Assembly: GCA_048885925.1 (NCBI GenBank)
Contig: JBHLLG010000004.1
Location: 32,001 to 96,000 of the forward strand
DNA length: 64,000 nucleotides
Source of the DNA: Candidatus Hermodarchaeota archaeon
GTDB lineage: Archaea > Asgardarchaeota > Lokiarchaeia > Sigyniarchaeales > SOKP01
Direction of reading: 5' to 3'
The notes below the pieces were generated by a model. It did no database searches. It saw only the letters and a program-made list of their open reading frames with translations, and was not told the origin of the DNA. The translations under genes and the position numbers were made by a program. This document shows positions 60,206 to 64,000 of this stretch, one piece after another; positions within the stretch are counted from its first letter, which is position 1, and the number at the start of each line of letters is the position of its first letter.

Positions 60206-62071
60206 TTAATGGATTTCATGTGTCTCTAAGGTTTGTAATATATAACTTTTTGCTATTAAATCAGTACTAACCATTCCTAATACATTTCCATCTTTTACAA
60301 CGGGCATTGCAGAAATCTGATACTGTTCTAATTCTCGAACAATATCAAGAACTGTAAAATCTGGAGAAGCAGAAATAACATCTTTAGTCATTACTTTTTC
60401 AATTGTAACCTCACAAACTCCTTCAGCGGTAGCTTTAGTAATATCCCAATCAGTTACTACTCCAACAAGCTTACTTTTTGAGAGAACAGCAACAATACCG
60501 CTATTCTTTTCAATCATTAATGCTGCGCCTTCTTGTATACTTCTATTTTCATCAATTGTCGGTATTTGAATCATGATATCTTTTGCCGTTCGTTCACTTT
60601 CTTTAGATTTAAGTCTTTGTAAACTGATATGCTCTGCTGCTGAACAAGGAAGCATATCTTGGTTTGCTGATAATAAATCAATCAATTCTATCATGTTGTG
60701 ATGGATAACATCTTCTCGATATTCCTCTCCAGCTTCTAGACGTTGTTTCGAAAGTAAAGAAAATTCCTTAGCATGATCATTTAACCATTGTTCTACTGCT
60801 TTTCTATTACCTAACATTTCTTTGGGAATTAACAAATGATCAGGAGTTTTTACTATATGTTCTTGAGCAGCAAATATAACTCCTCCTGAATTTACCAAAT
60901 AATCATTCGCAATCATTACTCCTTTTTCACGATAAACAATCTGCTCCATACGAGTCCTTGATGCTTTTCTATTTGGATCTGGAGAGTATGTATTAGCTCC
61001 TTCAATAATTAGAGTCCAATTCCCCATTCGATCAACAGTTACAGATGGATTTTCAGATGCTCTTACTCCTAAATAGTTAAAAATTGGCGCAGCAGGTATT
61101 AAACAAAATGCATTTTCAAGAAGTAGATTATTTGGATTAGTTGAAAATTTAGTTGGGTGTTTATACCACTCTGAACTTATTTTTTCTTTGAAATAGTTAT
61201 TAGTAACTAAACGTTTTTTTTGCCATATTTCAAAAAGTTCTTCGATTGGTAAACCGGATTCATTGTATAAATATCCTTCTAAATCACTTATACCGATTAT
61301 TTTTACTTCTGGAATTCTTTGTTTTAATATACGAGCTGCATGAGCCCCAACCGCTCCAAAACCTTGAATTAGCAATCTTAATTCATCAGTTTTGGGAATT
61401 TCTAAATTTATGAATTGTGGAAGAACTCTTAATCGAGGTAATATTTTTAGTAATGTTTGAAATGCAATTATTACGCCTCCAGCAGCAGCACCCAGTTCAT
61501 CAATTCTATTTCCTCCCATATCAGCCGGTTTAGATAAAACACTATCCAACCCATTTTCGATCGCAATAGTCTTCATATCAGCATCATTAGTACCAACATC
61601 AGGTCCTGGTAAATAAATATCTCTATATCGTCTGATTAATTGTGCATAACCTCGAATTACTTCATTACGATCTTCAATAGCGAGATTTCTTTCAGAAACA
61701 ATTCCAGATTTTCCGCCACCATAAGGGAGGTTCGCAGCTGCATTTTTTAATGTCATGCCTCTAGCTAAATTATGGATATCTGAAGGTGTAATATCTGGTA
61801 ACATTCTTATACCACCCATACTAGGTTTTCCCATACTTAGATTATCAACAACTAAATATCCACCAATTTCATGAGGCGATTCTTCATCCCAGATACATGC
61901 AACTAGATGAGGACCAAGTTTATCGGTAACAATTCCAATTCGAGATAATAGATGTTCATCTACATTACTAAATTCTAAATAACATTTCCCTTGATCTTTT
62001 TTAAGGCGAGTTTTAAGAGTAGTTTCGGGAAGATGTTCATGAAGAAACGAATCCATTTTTTTCGGTATCAT
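60206..62071 (-). CDS. Glu/Leu/Phe/Val dehydrogenase fused to a CBS pair
   Basis: GGIRM, MTLKN, GGGKSGI, GPDVGT, QGFGAVG, EGAN, NSGGVI; two C-terminal CBS repeats. Confidence 0.88.
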   Translation of the reverse strand: MIPKKMDSFLHEHLPETTLKTRLKKDQGKCYLEFSNVDEHLLSRIGIVTDKLGPHLVACIWDEESPHEIGGYLVVDNLSMGKPSMGGIRMLPDITPSDIHNLARGMTLKNAAANLPYGGGKSGIVSERNLAIEDRNEVIRGYAQLIRRYRDIYLPGPDVGTNDADMKTIAIENGLDSVLSKPADMGGNRIDELGAAAGGVIIAFQTLLKILPRLRVLPQFINLEIPKTDELRLLIQGFGAVGAHAARILKQRIPEVKIIGISDLEGYLYNESGLPIEELFEIWQKKRLVTNNYFKEKISSEWYKHPTKFSTNPNNLLLENAFCLIPAAPIFNYLGVRASENPSVTVDRMGNWTLIIEGANTYSPDPNRKASRTRMEQIVYREKGVMIANDYLVNSGGVIFAAQEHIVKTPDHLLIPKEMLGNRKAVEQWLNDHAKEFSLLSKQRLEAGEEYREDVIHHNMIELIDLLSANQDMLPCSAAEHISLQRLKSKESERTAKDIMIQIPTIDENRSIQEGAALMIEKNSGIVAVLSKSKLVGVVTDWDITKATAEGVCEVTIEKVMTKDVISASPDFTVLDIVRELEQYQISAMPVVKDGNVLGMVSTDLIAKSYILQTLETHEIH

Positions 62072-62180
62072 AATATCTACCCTTTTAAGAGAATTTTAGT
62101 GATAGAAACATATTAGATAAGTATAATAATTATATAAATTTCAACCAATTTTATAAAATAATTTTTAGTTTCTTTAATTT

Positions 62181-63752
62181 TTATTCATCCTGTATATAAG
62201 GTTTACCTAACTTTAAATAAATTTCTGCCTTTTTCAACTCTCTTCCAAGATAATTTAAATGATATATCTCTTTAGTTAATTCATTTTGAATTATTTTTTT
62301 ACTTAAAGCTTCAGCATTGTCTCCAATAAAAGTTTGAAGTAATTTTTCATCATTAGAATAAAAAAGAATGTAAATTTTTTTAGAGTAATGATTAACATAA
62401 ATTCTAAAATAACCAATATCATCAGGAACGTAATCAGGTATTAAATCTTTTACAAATAATGCATTTTTTTCATTAATATAAGGAATCTCTTGATTAATTT
62501 TTCCTTTTGCTTTAAAAAGAGAGATTCCTTGATTTATTGGAGGAGTTTTTTTACTTTTCGCGACATAATTCAATTTTATACTTTCCTTTAATTCTTTTAC
62601 TCCTCCTATTAATTTTGTACTATGTTCAACAGTAAAAAGAATTCCAACATCTAATTCAATTGCGATACTTGCTAATAATCCATTAATTCCAACTGAATCG
62701 ATGTCAATAAGTTCAACCACATTTGAAATACCGAAAAATAATGGAAGTTCTAAATGTTTATATTTCTCTTCTGTAACTTTTTTTTTATATAAAAAATAAG
62801 TTTCTAAGGAATTACAAATTCCAGGATTTATAGGCGTTTCTAATAGTGGATCAGCAATTAGTTTTTTAAACCCATTCTTTTGTAATTCTTCTATTAATTG
62901 AAATAAGTTATTAATACGTGTTTCAGGATCCTTCGGAAAGTAAGCTTTATTAACATTCGTAGGAAGTATGACAATAGGAATGTTTTTTGGAAGACTTAAA
63001 AGTTCTTGGTAATTGCCTAAATCCAAACTAAGGATGAGATCGATTCCCTCATCAACAGCAGCATTTATTTCTTGTGGATCCATAGAATCAATGCTGATTA
63101 ATATGTCAAAATTAGATCCAATTAATTTAATTATTTCACGAATTCTATCCGGATATGGTTTATTTGAAACGCAACCAATATCTATAATATCTGCTCCACT
63201 TTCTATATAATGGTTTACTTTTTTTAATATCTTATCATTACTTTTTTCAGTACAATTCACAATTTCAGCAATAATTGGGGGTGGCAAATTCCTTCCAATT
63301 ATAATATTAGATTTTTTTTCATTAATGTAGAAAGTATGAGTATCTAACTTATTCTTTGCGAGGTCTATTTGATTTTTTATTATTTTAGAAAATTCATTTA
63401 CTCCTGAAAATTCTAATAATCGGTTTGCTGGAATTGAATTGGATAAATCTAAATCTTCTATTTTTTTTAAAGTATTAGGTAAATCAGATGCAAATTCTGG
63501 TCCCTTTCTAATTTTGATTGAATATTTATCTTCTATATTCTTAGAATCCCATTGTACAAAACCTGGTAATAAAATTACATCATAATTAGAGATTTCTAAT
63601 GTTTCCAAAATTTCAATTGTCAGAGATTCTGTTAGAAAAGCAGAAATTGATATCGGGGCTTTTATTATAAATATTTCGTGATTTTCTATAGACTTGGTTA
63701 TCTTTTTTATTATATTATAACTCTGTTGACCTGTAATTATAAGAATTCTAAT
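62181..63752 (-). CDS. Archaeal dihydropteroate synthase-like protein; start extended to ATT 63752 (ORF track start 63608)
   Basis: N-terminal RILIITG, IIAEI, GADIIDIG, ISIDS, NVVELIDIDSVGIN, HLNYLGRELKKAE...YIQD. Confidence 0.85.
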   Translation of the reverse strand: MRILIITGQQSYNIIKKITKSIENHEIFIIKAPISISAFLTESLTIEILETLEISNYDVILLPGFVQWDSKNIEDKYSIKIRKGPEFASDLPNTLKKIEDLDLSNSIPANRLLEFSGVNEFSKIIKNQIDLAKNKLDTHTFYINEKKSNIIIGRNLPPPIIAEIVNCTEKSNDKILKKVNHYIESGADIIDIGCVSNKPYPDRIREIIKLIGSNFDILISIDSMDPQEINAAVDEGIDLILSLDLGNYQELLSLPKNIPIVILPTNVNKAYFPKDPETRINNLFQLIEELQKNGFKKLIADPLLETPINPGICNSLETYFLYKKKVTEEKYKHLELPLFFGISNVVELIDIDSVGINGLLASIAIELDVGILFTVEHSTKLIGGVKELKESIKLNYVAKSKKTPPINQGISLFKAKGKINQEIPYINEKNALFVKDLIPDYVPDDIGYFRIYVNHYSKKIYILFYSNDEKLLQTFIGDNAEALSKKIIQNELTKEIYHLNYLGRELKKAEIYLKLGKPYIQDE

Positions 63753-63999
63753 CTAAATCACTTATTAGCTTTTCTTTTTCAAATGGAATGAATATATCAT
63801 CTAATATTGAACCTGCAGCCTCTTTTATTTTTAAGTTGTTAATTATAGATTCAAATTCTCCTCCTAGAATCCCATTAGCAATAAAAGCAGCTCCTTGTGC
63901 TGCACGCTTAGCTATTTGACTATATGAATTCATTAATCTTACAGGAGCGACATCTTCTAAACCGTGAATCATCTTCTCTCGAAAATAAACTAAACTTGC
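63748..63999 (-). CDS. 3' end of a DUF1464-like (ASKHA-type) protein, truncated by the window edge
   Basis: AAQGAAFIANGILGG; the frame stays open to the window end. Confidence 0.65.
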   Translation of the reverse strand, partial: ASLVYFREKMIHGLEDVAPVRLMNSYSQIAKRAAQGAAFIANGILGGEFESIINNLKIKEAAGSILDDIFIPFEKEKLISDLD

Positions 64000-64000
64000 T

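Noticed and set aside
1-64000. Short antisense ORFs in the track (for example 3654-3956, 8937-9224, 32706-33077, 42733-43053, 51682-51969) and tRNA/rRNA/CRISPR/IS elements
   Set aside because: The ORFs are shadows of well-supported genes on the opposite strand; no cloverleaf, rRNA-like GC-rich block, spaced repeat array or transposase was seen

Overview
AT-rich archaeal DNA whose gene content points to an Asgard archaeon, most likely Lokiarchaeia (inference from longin-like domains, a Rag/Arf-like small GTPase, a ubiquitin-type conjugation operon, archaeal AlaRS, DtdA, MptA and CofG/CofH). Layout: 0-21 kb redox and oxygen defence (flavodiiron protein, two unlisted rubredoxins, NADH:rubredoxin oxidoreductase, CooS, Isf, glutaredoxins, FTR, two PDOs, TrxR); 22-31 kb signalling (receiver-longin fusion, histidine kinase, small GTPase, ArsR, five Cys-rich Lrp/AsnC regulators); 32-48 kb housekeeping (dtdA, alaS, ftsZ, EndoQ-like); 48-55 kb ubiquitin-like system (two Ubls, membrane Ubl-domain protein, E1, E2, JAB, membrane RING); 55-64 kb pterin, flavin and F420 biosynthesis. 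Top finding: the apparently broken cooS gene is interrupted by a 32-nt insert (6336-6367) that folds into a canonical bulge-helix-bulge (BHB). Cutting at the canonical sites restores the frame (PEY^MEQKA), so this is a candidate endonuclease-spliced mRNA intron. Second: a complete Ubl cascade with membrane-bound components reminiscent of ERAD. All family assignments are by motif recognition only; no searches were run. No tRNA, rRNA, CRISPR array or transposase was seen.
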